A DNA stretch of 64,000 nucleotides from a virus. Of this stretch, positions 10,401 through 20,283 are shown piece after piece. Numbering within the stretch: position 1 is the first letter of the stretch; each line of letters opens with the position of its first letter. The DNA is taken from IMG/VR virus record IMGVR_UViG_3300045256_000058, positions 82,348-146,347 of that record; one strand, 5' to 3'. The translations under genes were made by a program, and so were the position numbers. The notes below the pieces were generated by a model. That model ran no database searches, was not told the origin of the DNA, and saw nothing but the letters and a program-made list of their open reading frames with translations.

Positions 10401-10994
10401 CGCCTATCTTCAGGAACACTACCCAGAATTAACTGGTAAGCCCTTAGTTCCGAGAGCTATCTCTATTGGATTGGAGGAATGAAATACAACCTTCATCTAT
10501 ACAAACTCGTAGTTGCAAACTACAGCACACAGACTTCTAGAGAGACTTTAATTACCGATAAAGCAGAGTATGACAGAGAGGTACTGTCTTACTTGTCTTT
10601 GCCGTATTCGGTAAGAGTGTCTTTACAGAAGCTTAATCATCTTGCTTTATGGCAAACGATTAAGTCGGTTACGGTCAATCACTTTGATGAAACTTTCTAA
10701 CTTCGGAGGAATCCAATGAGTCTATTTTCTGGTGGATTGCGTACTGCCTTGAAACCAATCAAGGTTCGTATTCTATCCAACGGTTCCAACTTTGCTTTAC
10801 AGCAACAACAAACGTTCTTCGGGTTTCCCTACTGGTCAGTGATGACCCGTTGGGATATTCACCCAATTACCGGACAAGCTTCCAAGCTTCCGGCTAAGTT
10901 CGATACGATTACAGATGCTCAAGAACATCTTGCTGCTCTAAAAGCATCTCGTCAGTCACTTGTCTGGGATGTAACCGATACGGTTGAAATCTAG
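7432..10994 (+). other. Run of about 11 small hypothetical early genes (7432-7629, 7870-8103, 8116-8532, 8532-8987, 9025-9390, 9505-9894, 9894-10151, 10141-10266, 10267-10482, 10479-10700, 10716-10994)
   Basis: Co-directional ORFs, many with GGAG RBS or overlapping stop/start codons; no recognisable domains. Confidence 0.7.
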
Positions 10995-11000
10995 TCAATC

Positions 11001-11037
11001 GGGGTAGTTAGTGTTTGCTGGCTACCCTTTGCTTTTT
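11001..11037 (+). terminator. Intrinsic terminator
   Basis: GGGGTAGTTAG/CTGGCTACCCT hairpin followed by a T-rich tail. Confidence 0.65.
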
Positions 11038-11063
11038 CTATCCACCATTATAAGGAAACAATC

Positions 11064-12119
11064 ATGGCAACTACAACTGCGAAAAAGAAGACTACTTCTC
11101 CTACGAAGACTACTAAATCAACTGCAACTAAAGCTAAGGTGACTAAACCTGCTGAAACTGAAGCACCCCGTGAGCCTGGTAAGCTCCAAGTAAGACTGGA
11201 TGCGCTCACTGCTGATGTAATCAAAGCAATGGAGCAAGGCACTTTTGGTAGCTGGGTAAAGAAATGGTCAGAATCACCATTCTCTATCGGTACAAATTTT
11301 TCTACTCAACATCAGTACACAGGGTCTAATGCCCTGATTACTGCCTGGTACTCTATGGCTCAGTCTAAGCCTAATATTTGGGGTACGATGAATGCTGGTT
11401 ATAGCATGGGATGGAAATTGCGTAAAGGTAGCCAACAAATTCCTTTGCTGCGTCCCAAACAAGTTGTAATCTCAGCAGAAGAATCAAGTACAGGAAAAGA
11501 AGTTCGGTTTACACGGTTTAGTTTATTCGGTGTTTCTAACCTGCTCGACTTCGATGCCAATCCAAATGCAAAGATGTCTCCAGTAGAGTTTCTACAGGAG
11601 TTAGAAAAGGCTACAAAGAGACTCTCTGAAAAACAGAGAATTGCTCATGCTGAGAAGTTTCTAAATGCCGCAATTAAGCAATCAGGTGTCAAGATGCTCG
11701 GCAATGGTAATCCTTCCTATGCTCCTAAGCTTGATGGAATTTGGATGCCTGACTTCAAGACCTTTCATGCTCCTGAGTATTATTACAGCACTCTTGGGCA
11801 CGAACTCATTCACTCAACTGGTGCGGAATCCCGACTAGCCCGTAAGGGAATTACAGAATTTGACCACTTTGGTTCTCCTCAATATGCTCAGGAAGAACTG
11901 ATTGCTGAGTTGGGTAGCTTATTTCTAATGGCGTACCTCGGTCTTGAGTACGATTTAATGCACAAGACTTCATATCTCGCAAGTTGGCTAAACGGATTGA
12001 AGGAAAACCCCCAATATCTGTGGAAGTCAGCAGCAAAAGCTCAAGCGGCTTACAAGTTTGTTCGTGAAATGGGTGGCGACCCTATTCCTGAAAACAAGAA
12101 ACAGGAAAACGAAAAATAG
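11064..12119 (+). CDS. ardC: ArdC-family ssDNA-binding antirestriction protein (DUF1738 + zincin-like domain)
   Basis: 'YTGSNAL', 'GWKLRKGS', 'PSYAPKLDGIWMPD..F...EYYYSTLGHELIHSTG..SRLAR', 'YAQEELIAELGS', 'SYLASWL'. Confidence 0.9.
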   Translation: MATTTAKKKTTSPTKTTKSTATKAKVTKPAETEAPREPGKLQVRLDALTADVIKAMEQGTFGSWVKKWSESPFSIGTNFSTQHQYTGSNALITAWYSMAQSKPNIWGTMNAGYSMGWKLRKGSQQIPLLRPKQVVISAEESSTGKEVRFTRFSLFGVSNLLDFDANPNAKMSPVEFLQELEKATKRLSEKQRIAHAEKFLNAAIKQSGVKMLGNGNPSYAPKLDGIWMPDFKTFHAPEYYYSTLGHELIHSTGAESRLARKGITEFDHFGSPQYAQEELIAELGSLFLMAYLGLEYDLMHKTSYLASWLNGLKENPQYLWKSAAKAQAAYKFVREMGGDPIPENKKQENEK

Positions 12120-12139
12120 ATTTCCTTGGTGGACTAGAT

Positions 12140-12176
12140 GAGAGTGGGTTTTTCTCCTTTTCCCACTCTCTTTTTC
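12140..12176 (+). terminator. Intrinsic terminator
   Basis: GAGAGTGGG/CCCACTCTC hairpin followed by a T run. Confidence 0.75.
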
Positions 12177-12455
12177 TTAACTATGAAACCTTTAACTAAT
12201 CAAAAGCCTTATGTCCTAGTTTGGATACTAGATAACGGTTACATTTACGACATAAAAGTTTCTCGTAGATTTAATTAAAACTACTTATTGGCATCCTCAA
12301 AGACTCTTCATTCCCTTTGGAGGTATGCACTATTACAGTTTTGAAGACTTTGATAGAAAGTATCACAAAGAGTATCCTGCTTTGATTCATGGCATAAAAG
12401 CGGCACTTACTAATGGGATTACCAGAATACAGTTTGATTATCCTGTAGTTGCACT

Positions 12456-12881
12456 ATGAAGTTTTACGAGTTTATTCTAAAAATAAATAACGAGTTAGTT
12501 TTTCCTGCAATACAAAACAAGATAAACATAGACCACTTAGTTGATGACTTTAGATTTGAGTCCGATGCAATTTGGGCACTATATCACTTTATTCCTAGAA
12601 TTATAAAGAGAGTAGTGAACCCAAAATTCAATCTCTCGTATCATCTAAACGGTGAAAGTAACTACTCTAGATGGTTATTCTATCTCGACCATGAGAATTT
12701 CAGTGTTCTAACTCCTGAAACTATGAAAGAGATTAGTTTGCCTAGTATTTATAATACCCCTGAAAAAAGAGAGTGGTTCTACAAGTTGGTAAACGGTACT
12801 CTTAGTGAGACATACTATTTACGAGAGTTTGAAAGAATGAAAGCATATCTCAAGGATAGGTATCATGTCGAGATTTACTAA
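12456..12881 (+). CDS. Hypothetical protein (paralog of 12865-13317)
   Basis: Shares 'H..PRI.+++.P.F' and 'G..S.TYY.R.F..M..Y' with the next ORF. Confidence 0.75.
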   Translation: MKFYEFILKINNELVFPAIQNKINIDHLVDDFRFESDAIWALYHFIPRIIKRVVNPKFNLSYHLNGESNYSRWLFYLDHENFSVLTPETMKEISLPSIYNTPEKREWFYKLVNGTLSETYYLREFERMKAYLKDRYHVEIY

Positions 12882-13317
12882 ACATCTTTTACATTTCATT
12901 GAAAGGTCTAGTCCTATTGTTTTAGTAGGAACTAAAGATGTAACCGATTTTGTTGACTTTTACGATGTTGCTTTTGACGAAACACATTTAGTGTTTCATT
13001 TACATCCTCGAATTATGAGAAAGATAGACCCCTCATTCACAGTGGCAAAGTATGTTAGTCGCTATGAACGTTGGCTAGAAGCATTTGGAAACTATTTTCT
13101 AACAAATTACTTCACTCCTCATCGTATTGAGGAAACGGGATTTGCTATCCCATCTCTTAGGTCGAATATTTACGAAGAATTGTTTGGTCAAATGTCTGAT
13201 ACATACTATCGTCGAAGATTTGACGATATGTTTAAGTACGTCTGCGAGGAATTCGATTGTGCAACTCAGTTGTCAGAAAGTGAGGGAGAGCAATCCCTTA
13301 TCTTGTTTGGTAGGTAA
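12865..13317 (+). CDS. Hypothetical protein (paralog of 12456-12881)
   Basis: 'HLHPRIMRKIDPSF' and 'GQMSDTYYRRRFDDMFKYV'. Confidence 0.75.
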   Translation: MSRFTKHLLHFIERSSPIVLVGTKDVTDFVDFYDVAFDETHLVFHLHPRIMRKIDPSFTVAKYVSRYERWLEAFGNYFLTNYFTPHRIEETGFAIPSLRSNIYEELFGQMSDTYYRRRFDDMFKYVCEEFDCATQLSESEGEQSLILFGR

Positions 13318-13527
13318 GTTAATTTTAGGAATCAAACACAATTTACTTGACTTATATGGTGATGAAAGTACGGTTGTCGATTTCTATGAACTCATCGTAA
13401 AGGATATTCTTTCGGGAATCGTAGAAACGGGTTACATTCTGTCCGGTACTTTCTATAGTAAGGTTTATACCGATAAATCTGAGATAGAAAGTTTGTATCC
13501 AGATTCAAAAATTGTGGAGAAATCATA

Positions 13528-14049
13528 ATGCCAGTTTTGCATCAACTCGCAACTACCTTCCTACAGACAGACGTTTGCACACTGAAAGCACTTCCTAACC
13601 GGGATGTTTTTGTCCTTATCGATGCTCTTAATGATTTGCTTCTAGAACACGATTTGTTCGATGCCGCATTTGAGTGTGTAACTCAAGAGCCATACAACTC
13701 AATCGAAGAGTTAGCGGCAGATTTCGAGGTTACTCGCGTTCTAAAGGTCAAGTATCGTGAAGCAACACTAATTCCCGCAAATGTTTATACATTCTTTCGG
13801 GGTGTTCATGACCTTATTCATCACTACAAGATGGGTTTCACGTTTGAACCTACCGATGAATTTCGTGCTGGAATGCACTTAGCAAGCTTACTTTGGTCGA
13901 AGTCGGAACTAGCTGCGTCGTATGCGTTCTGCGATGTAGCTGGATTCAATGCGGTCTACGAGTTAGACCCTTCTCTCTGGGAACAATTGCATCCTAAATT
14001 GGATGTAAGACTTCTCAATCCGTACACTTGGCAACCCTTAGCGCATTAA
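13528..14049 (+). CDS. Hypothetical protein
   Basis: 173-aa ORF with GGAG RBS. Confidence 0.75.
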   Translation: MPVLHQLATTFLQTDVCTLKALPNRDVFVLIDALNDLLLEHDLFDAAFECVTQEPYNSIEELAADFEVTRVLKVKYREATLIPANVYTFFRGVHDLIHHYKMGFTFEPTDEFRAGMHLASLLWSKSELAASYAFCDVAGFNAVYELDPSLWEQLHPKLDVRLLNPYTWQPLAH

Positions 14050-14056
14050 TAACAAA

Positions 14057-14488
14057 ATGTCTCTTACGCCTTCATCTCAATGGTCGGATAGAACACATGA
14101 TTTTCTGATGTTTGATACAGAGCATGAGCCTGTAGCAGTAACAGAAGTCACTCTTCATGATAATACCCCAGCAACTCTGTTTTCGCTGGCAAATCATCAG
14201 GAGGAACACTTTGAAATGCTTCTAGTGGTCAGTGACCATGAGCCTATTACTCTTGATACTCTTACTTGTCCGATTAAGACAGTGTATCGTCACTTTATTT
14301 ACGGAGAAGTGTTACCGCAATTGACTTTAACCACTATTGAACAAATTGCGGGTATCTTTCCTAAGTATGTAGAAGCTAATTTCCCTGCTTCTTGGAATCT
14401 TGACCGAGAAGAATCAGTTCATGAACATCTGGGTAAAGCAATGCTTGCCAAACTCACTGGCAACTTTGTTCCGATTCATCTCATTTAG
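14057..14488 (+). CDS. Hypothetical protein
   Basis: 143-aa ORF in the same operon. Confidence 0.75.
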   Translation: MSLTPSSQWSDRTHDFLMFDTEHEPVAVTEVTLHDNTPATLFSLANHQEEHFEMLLVVSDHEPITLDTLTCPIKTVYRHFIYGEVLPQLTLTTIEQIAGIFPKYVEANFPASWNLDREESVHEHLGKAMLAKLTGNFVPIHLI

Positions 14489-14536
14489 TTTCGAGTTCAC
14501 TTTTTCTAACTAATCAATTTACGGAGATTCAAATCA

Positions 14537-15715
14537 ATGGTATCTATTCCTTCTCTTCGCAATCGTCTTGCTGGCAGATTCGTTAACTCGCAAGAAGTGG
14601 CTCAAACTATTTCGTTATCGATGGTTTCTAACATCCCCCTGATTCTTAAGGGTAAAGGTGGTTATGGTAAAACCGAAAGCATTTTGGAAGCGATGAAAGT
14701 CGTTGACGGTTGGAAATGGGGTATGCTTGAAGCTACTCCAGAAACAACTGCTTCTGATTTTCTGGGTGGTGCAGTTGCTAAGACTGAGAAATTCGAGAAG
14801 TACGATATTACTCGCGCTTCTTACGATGTTCAACGTTCTTTGCTAACGAAAGATGCGTTCTTCATCGAGGAAATGATGGATGCTTCGTTCAATGCGCTGT
14901 CTGCTCTCAAGGCGATTATCACCAATAAAGGTGCTACCGTCAATGATGAGTGGGTTCCTTCTAATCTGAAATGGCTTGTGGCTGCAACCAACGTTGACCC
15001 TGTTACGTTCTTGCAATCGCTTCCTCCTACTCACCAGAATTCTTACGATGCTCTGCTGCAACGATTTTTGGTGGTCAATCAGGAATGGAAAACTCATACT
15101 GCTAACGATTACAAGCAGTTGATTACTTTCGTTCCTACTGACAGCGAGGATAACTTCAGCCTCGACGATTTGGAAGCTTATCGTCAACTTCGTGAGCAAG
15201 TCATCGTTACGAAAGATGTTGCTGAGTTAATTTCTGAGCTTGCTGCTCGTTCTACCGAGCAAGGTTCGGTTGTCTCTCCACGTTCGTTCATGTGGGCACT
15301 GAATCTCATCAAATCCAGTGCGGTTCTCAACAATCGTGACCGTACTCATCAGGATGACATTCATGTTGTGCAATATGTTACCTCTTTTGACCCCCTGCTT
15401 ATGGATGGTCTTAAAGAAGAGATTGAACGCAAGCGCAAACTGTCGATTGCAATGGACAAACTGGCAGAATACGAAGGCAAACTGTCTCAACTCGAAGAAC
15501 ACCTTCGCAAAAATCCGAAGTCTCTGCATCCTCACTTCCTTGCTCTATCTGTTGCTCAATCTATCGATGCAATGCTCGACAATTTGGGCAAAGAATTGCA
15601 CTATGACGACAGCATGAGTCAGCAAGTCTCGAAGTTCCGTGACAAGGCTTACAATCTGCGTGAAACTTCCGAGATTGAAGCCAAGAAGCACTTCAACGCT
15701 TATCAGCTTATCTAG
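14537..15715 (+). CDS. MoxR/RavA-like AAA+ ATPase
   Basis: Walker A GKGGYGKT, Walker B 'FFIEEM', sensor 'VAATN', arginine finger 'DALLQRF', 'VSPRS'. Confidence 0.85.
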   Translation: MVSIPSLRNRLAGRFVNSQEVAQTISLSMVSNIPLILKGKGGYGKTESILEAMKVVDGWKWGMLEATPETTASDFLGGAVAKTEKFEKYDITRASYDVQRSLLTKDAFFIEEMMDASFNALSALKAIITNKGATVNDEWVPSNLKWLVAATNVDPVTFLQSLPPTHQNSYDALLQRFLVVNQEWKTHTANDYKQLITFVPTDSEDNFSLDDLEAYRQLREQVIVTKDVAELISELAARSTEQGSVVSPRSFMWALNLIKSSAVLNNRDRTHQDDIHVVQYVTSFDPLLMDGLKEEIERKRKLSIAMDKLAEYEGKLSQLEEHLRKNPKSLHPHFLALSVAQSIDAMLDNLGKELHYDDSMSQQVSKFRDKAYNLRETSEIEAKKHFNAYQLI

Positions 15716-15769
15716 TTCAGTAATGGGGGTGCTTAATGTGCCCCCTGCTCTCTTTCTGAGGTTTTTCCA

Positions 15770-17164
15770 ATGGTTCAAAGAACTAAGAATGATACATATC
15801 TTCTCACCGAACGTGAGGTAGTCGAGTTTGGTAAACGTCTGAAGAAAAAGCTGAATTACAGCCCTTCTCTCGCGCTTGATATTGCAAATCTGATTGAAGG
15901 TGGTGAGATTCTTCCCACTCCTGACATCAAATCTCAGATTCGTAAGCAATTAAGCAAACAATTAACTTTGAAAGCCGATGCTTCCGGTCAATATCGTGAT
16001 GTGAAGGGTGAGAAGGTTCCCTCTTATGCAGATGCAATGGATTCGTATGTTGATGAACACTTCAAAGTTCAGAAAAATACGGTAGAATTTCTGCAAGAAC
16101 TGAAATCTGGCGGAGATTTGAACAAAGTTCCTGGTAGAACACCGTTAGAAAAGACGTTTACTCTTCTACGGATGCTCGATAAGAACGATGGCAAATCAAG
16201 CTCTCCCATGCCTACTGGTGGTGGAGGTGGTGGCGAATTCATGCCTACTTTCTCTGGTGGTAATAGTCGAGGTTCTGCTTCTGCACGTAATCTTCATGAC
16301 CAACTTGAGTTTCTAGACAAAATTACTCCTGAGAGTAAGGAACTCATGTCTACTCTGGAGAATGATATGTATGACGATGGCACAGAAGAGGATGAAGATA
16401 CTCAGAATGCCATTAGTATTGCCAGCAATGTTTATCGTGAAATTCTCAAGTCTGCATCGATGCTTGACAGAGTTACGGCTATTCACACTAAGCCGACTTC
16501 TCGATTAATTCCAGATGTAACTGGCGACCGTATCGAACATAGAGCAATTCGTGGCTTTGAAGAGACTGGCAAAATTCATGCTAAAGAGTTCATTCGTCCT
16601 CGTCCAGTAATGCTCTCTCGAATTATTGAGCATCAAACTCAGGTCAAACAAATCTATCGACAAGAACAGTCAATGCCGATTATTGCCCTTCTTATTGATG
16701 ATTCTGGTTCTATGAACGAGAATTACAAACGAGAAAAAGCACTCGGTATTCTTCACAATATGCTTGAGCGTGTAATGAAGAGTGAGACTTGGTTATTATT
16801 CTCTTTCTTTGAGAAACAAGCTCACAAATTCTACACTTTTGAAGCTGGCGATGTCGAAGCTGTCAAGAAGTTCTATCGAGGTGCTGTCAAACATAAATTT
16901 GATACTGGTGGAACTTACGTTGGTGGTGCTGCTCAACGGGCACTTGAAGAACTTGACAAAATCTACGACAAATATACGGAGATTGACTTCTCTCGTCGTG
17001 ACCGTCACTTGATTCTTGTAAATGATGGTCAAGATGATGCGTCTAATCTTACTCTTCAGATGTTAAATGGTGCAAAGCTTCATGCTTTTGTACTTGATTC
17101 CGATAATGAAGAGTTACGAAGATTGGCAATTCAGTCAGGTGGTTCGTATCGGAGCAAATTGTAA
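15770..17164 (+). CDS. vWA-domain protein (ViaA/CoxE-like partner of the MoxR ATPase)
   Basis: MIDAS 'LLIDDSGSM', 'TGGT', 'ILVNDGQD'; adjacent to the AAA+ gene. Confidence 0.85.
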   Translation: MVQRTKNDTYLLTEREVVEFGKRLKKKLNYSPSLALDIANLIEGGEILPTPDIKSQIRKQLSKQLTLKADASGQYRDVKGEKVPSYADAMDSYVDEHFKVQKNTVEFLQELKSGGDLNKVPGRTPLEKTFTLLRMLDKNDGKSSSPMPTGGGGGGEFMPTFSGGNSRGSASARNLHDQLEFLDKITPESKELMSTLENDMYDDGTEEDEDTQNAISIASNVYREILKSASMLDRVTAIHTKPTSRLIPDVTGDRIEHRAIRGFEETGKIHAKEFIRPRPVMLSRIIEHQTQVKQIYRQEQSMPIIALLIDDSGSMNENYKREKALGILHNMLERVMKSETWLLFSFFEKQAHKFYTFEAGDVEAVKKFYRGAVKHKFDTGGTYVGGAAQRALEELDKIYDKYTEIDFSRRDRHLILVNDGQDDASNLTLQMLNGAKLHAFVLDSDNEELRRLAIQSGGSYRSKL

Positions 17165-17971
17165 TGACTCTTGTTGACAGACAGAGAATCCTGACAGTAT
17201 TAGAGAGATTTCTGTATCATCATCCAGAGATACAGAGTCTCCCTCTGTCAGAAAAAATTTCCAAGTTGGTTGAGTTCTTTCCTGCAATGGTGGTAAATGT
17301 CCGAGATTATACCTCGGAGGAGTATTCAAAAATCAAGTATTTACCATTGTACTGCGGAAATGAGCAAGGTGGTTGGGTTGCAGAGGTTTACTCACTTACA
17401 TAAGGAGGCTCTATGACTACGGTAAAGAGAGGCAATTACACTATAACTACTCGTAATTCGGGTACTACATGGTTCGTAAAATGTCTTTTGAATGCTAAGG
17501 TTCGTATCTCCGAACGAGTAAAACAAATGTACGGTTGTTTCAACACAGAGGAAGAGGATGATGAACTTGTCTTCGGCTTTGATGACGGTTCGTGACATTG
17601 TTTCTTCTCTAGCTACAGGGAAGAAACAAAATTGTAGGCATACTGCTTACGTTGACCTATTTGATGGTCATTTACTATACATTTCAACCTTTTCTATTAG
17701 TGATTCTTTCCATGAAACAGCTATTTTTCTAGTTGTAAATGGTAAGGTCACTACTTGGGAAGAAATGTATCGAGAGGATTATTGCAATGCGGATGACGCA
17801 ACAAAGCGACATGAAATAATCGTAGGGCAACTCTCAAACTTAGCTCGTTGGCTAAGACAGAGAAGGGAGCAAGGGGCTATACTACCTACTCCACTTCTTA
17901 CTGCTGTAGAGACAGAGATAAAAATTTTACTCCCTCTGACTCGAAGCAGACATGAATGTAATGAACAGTAA
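17164..17971 (+). other. Three small hypothetical genes (17164-17403, 17413-17595, ~17582-17971)
   Basis: Closely packed co-directional ORFs. Confidence 0.6.
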
Positions 17972-18208
17972 ATAAGAAGCCTGTACAGATTACCGACTGC
18001 TGTATGGGTTAAGTATGAGTCGGAATTATATATTATATGAACGCTTGCTTTCCTCTGTGAGTAGTCAAAGGTAGATTACTCATATTGCTTTTTCTATCCG
18101 TTCGATAAAGGTAATCGAATGATTCAGTTAGAAAAAGTAACAAGTGTATTACCGCTCGATAGAAGTAAAGAGTAGTGTATCGCTGTCAACCATCATCTCG
18201 GAGTCTTT

Positions 18209-18796
18209 ATGACCACGCCAAATCTTTCACTTCTTGTTCACATCTACGACAATCACACCACAGTTCAAACTGCTAAATCTGGCGGAGCTTTCGGTAAACT
18301 CAACACTCTTCCGGTCGGTGCAAATCAACTCTTTCCTTCTGCTCCTGTAGTAGAAGATAACTCAGTCTATTTGATTGAGGGACACGATTTCACAAGTGAC
18401 GCAATTTACTTCGTTGCATACAACGGTGCGAATCGTGAGCTTGCGGTTAGCTGGAAAACTAACACTGAAGCTGTTTACGTCTACGAAAATATCCCTCTGG
18501 AACTATTGACCCGATTTCTTGCTGCTAAAAGCAAGGGTTCATTTGTTTCCAGTCAAATTGTAGGCAAACAAAAGCTGAGTCGAATTACGAATCCTGCTGA
18601 GTTTACTCGCAACAAGCTATTTGAAGCGATTGGAACCAAGACAAAAGCACCCACTTACGTTCGTGAGCCTCGCAATGCTTCAAATCCTGCCTCATCGAAA
18701 GCTAACCCAGGTAACAAGCAAGTTTCGGATGCCCAGCTAGAGCAAATGGCTCAGTATATCTTTGAAACTCTTGGTAGTTTGCCTAAGTTTCGGTAG
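18209..18796 (+). CDS. KTSC-domain protein
   Basis: 'SDAIYFVAYNGANRELAVSW...VYVYENIPLELLTRFLAAKSKGSFVSSQI' matches the KTSC pattern. Confidence 0.8.
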   Translation: MTTPNLSLLVHIYDNHTTVQTAKSGGAFGKLNTLPVGANQLFPSAPVVEDNSVYLIEGHDFTSDAIYFVAYNGANRELAVSWKTNTEAVYVYENIPLELLTRFLAAKSKGSFVSSQIVGKQKLSRITNPAEFTRNKLFEAIGTKTKAPTYVREPRNASNPASSKANPGNKQVSDAQLEQMAQYIFETLGSLPKFR

Positions 18797-18872
18797 AATG
18801 GATATATAAGTTGAACTTATGTTCTCATACTCGATACTTTAAGTCGAGTTATGTCCCCTATTCGGTACTCAA

Positions 18873-19223
18873 ATGTTAGCTACAAAAATTGGCATTCAAG
18901 TTACTCCTCCTTCTGAGAAAGATTCGGTGGATGTAAACATCAATCTGCACAGCACATTACCAGTCGGAACAAGATTGTATCTCGCCTCTGAAATGCGAAA
19001 GCTATTGGAGCATCGTGACAGTGACCGAGTAATTGCATCTTTTGTTTCCGATACAGAGTATGCAAAGCTCTTTCTATCTCTCATGTCTTCTCGTAAAGAG
19101 GCTGAAGACTTCATTCTTAAACTAATGTCCTACAAGTCAAACGTTGATTATGCGAGTCTCAATGCGGTATCAAGCGAGAACGGGCAAACTTCAGAAACCC
19201 AATCGAAAAACAAGTGGGTCTAA
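18873..19223 (+). CDS. Hypothetical protein
   Basis: 116-aa ORF. Confidence 0.6.
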   Translation: MLATKIGIQVTPPSEKDSVDVNINLHSTLPVGTRLYLASEMRKLLEHRDSDRVIASFVSDTEYAKLFLSLMSSRKEAEDFILKLMSYKSNVDYASLNAVSSENGQTSETQSKNKWV

Positions 19224-19300
19224 GGGCAGGTTACGAGCAGTAAAGCAACGAACACAAGCGACTAGGCGAATACTACAACAATTAAGCAGAGAATGGGAAA

Positions 19301-19537
19301 ATGGTTCAACTGATTAACTGGTTCATGTTAGTTACGGGTGTTTCTACCATCTTTCTAGGTGGTATGAGCATTTACGAAAACTCAATCTACACAAACTCAC
19401 CACTACCAAGTGTAGGTATGGAGAGTAAGGTTCAGTCAGAAGCCTATAGTGATACAGGGAAAACAAGTGCAGCCGTTTTTCTAGGTTTATTCCTGCTTCG
19501 TTGGGGACTCATTGATATTCAAAGTGAAAGATACTAA
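19301..19537 (+). CDS. Small two-TM membrane protein
   Basis: Two hydrophobic segments; overlaps the start of the next gene. Confidence 0.6.
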   Translation: MVQLINWFMLVTGVSTIFLGGMSIYENSIYTNSPLPSVGMESKVQSEAYSDTGKTSAAVFLGLFLLRWGLIDIQSERY

Positions 19538-20283
19538 TGAGCATGGAAATTTATTTAACCGGAGGAGCAGTAAGAGACGCTCATATTTATGGTAATTTCA
19601 CTTCCCATAAAGATTGGGATTTTGTAATTATTGCTCCTTCCTTTGAGGACATGGTAGCGCAATTTGAAGCTTCTGGTGGAAAAGTTTACAAATTGCAACC
19701 AGAGTTCGGTAGATTACGTGGTTTCTGGAAAGGTTATAACGGGGATTTCATGGTAGGTCGAATAGACGGTTTCTACCCTGATGGTCGTCATCCCGAAACT
19801 ATTCAGATTGCGGAATCTATCGAACTAGATTTACAACGTAGGGATTTGGCTTTCAATGCAATGGCTGTTCCTGTTGACCCTGAAACTGGTGTTATTTACT
19901 GGAATGAAGTAATCGATTTGTTCGGAGGTCTTGACGACATTAGAAATAAAGTCATTCGTCCAGTGGGTAACATTATTCACCGTGTAACTGAAGATGCTTT
20001 ACGTTTAATGCGTTGGTATCGCTTTCAAGCTCAGTTACCAGGATTTACTCCTGATTTAATGACAGTTGGAATGATAGAAAGTGAAGCGGAGATGTTAGGT
20101 CATGCCCTTTCTAAAATTTCATCTGATAGAAGAAGAGGCGAATTGTATCTAATGTTTCAAGCAGATAGTATTCGCTCCATTCACATCCTATCGAGAATTC
20201 ATATTGCAATTCTAAATGCAATGTTTTCTGGTGGGATTAAGTTATCACCAACCAATCGGATTCTAAAGGAAAAACTACAATGA
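19537..20283 (+). CDS. cca: Class II tRNA nucleotidyltransferase (CCA-adding enzyme), minimal form
   Basis: 'GGAVRD...KDWD', 'DLQRRDLAFNAMA', 'DLFGGLDDI', 'EDALRLMR'. Confidence 0.9.
   Translation: MSMEIYLTGGAVRDAHIYGNFTSHKDWDFVIIAPSFEDMVAQFEASGGKVYKLQPEFGRLRGFWKGYNGDFMVGRIDGFYPDGRHPETIQIAESIELDLQRRDLAFNAMAVPVDPETGVIYWNEVIDLFGGLDDIRNKVIRPVGNIIHRVTEDALRLMRWYRFQAQLPGFTPDLMTVGMIESEAEMLGHALSKISSDRRRGELYLMFQADSIRSIHILSRIHIAILNAMFSGGIKLSPTNRILKEKLQ

Noticed and set aside
14615-17032. Antisense and alternate-frame ORFs over the AAA+/vWA genes (and similar shadows elsewhere)
   Set aside because: They overlap well-supported genes and are explained by codon bias.
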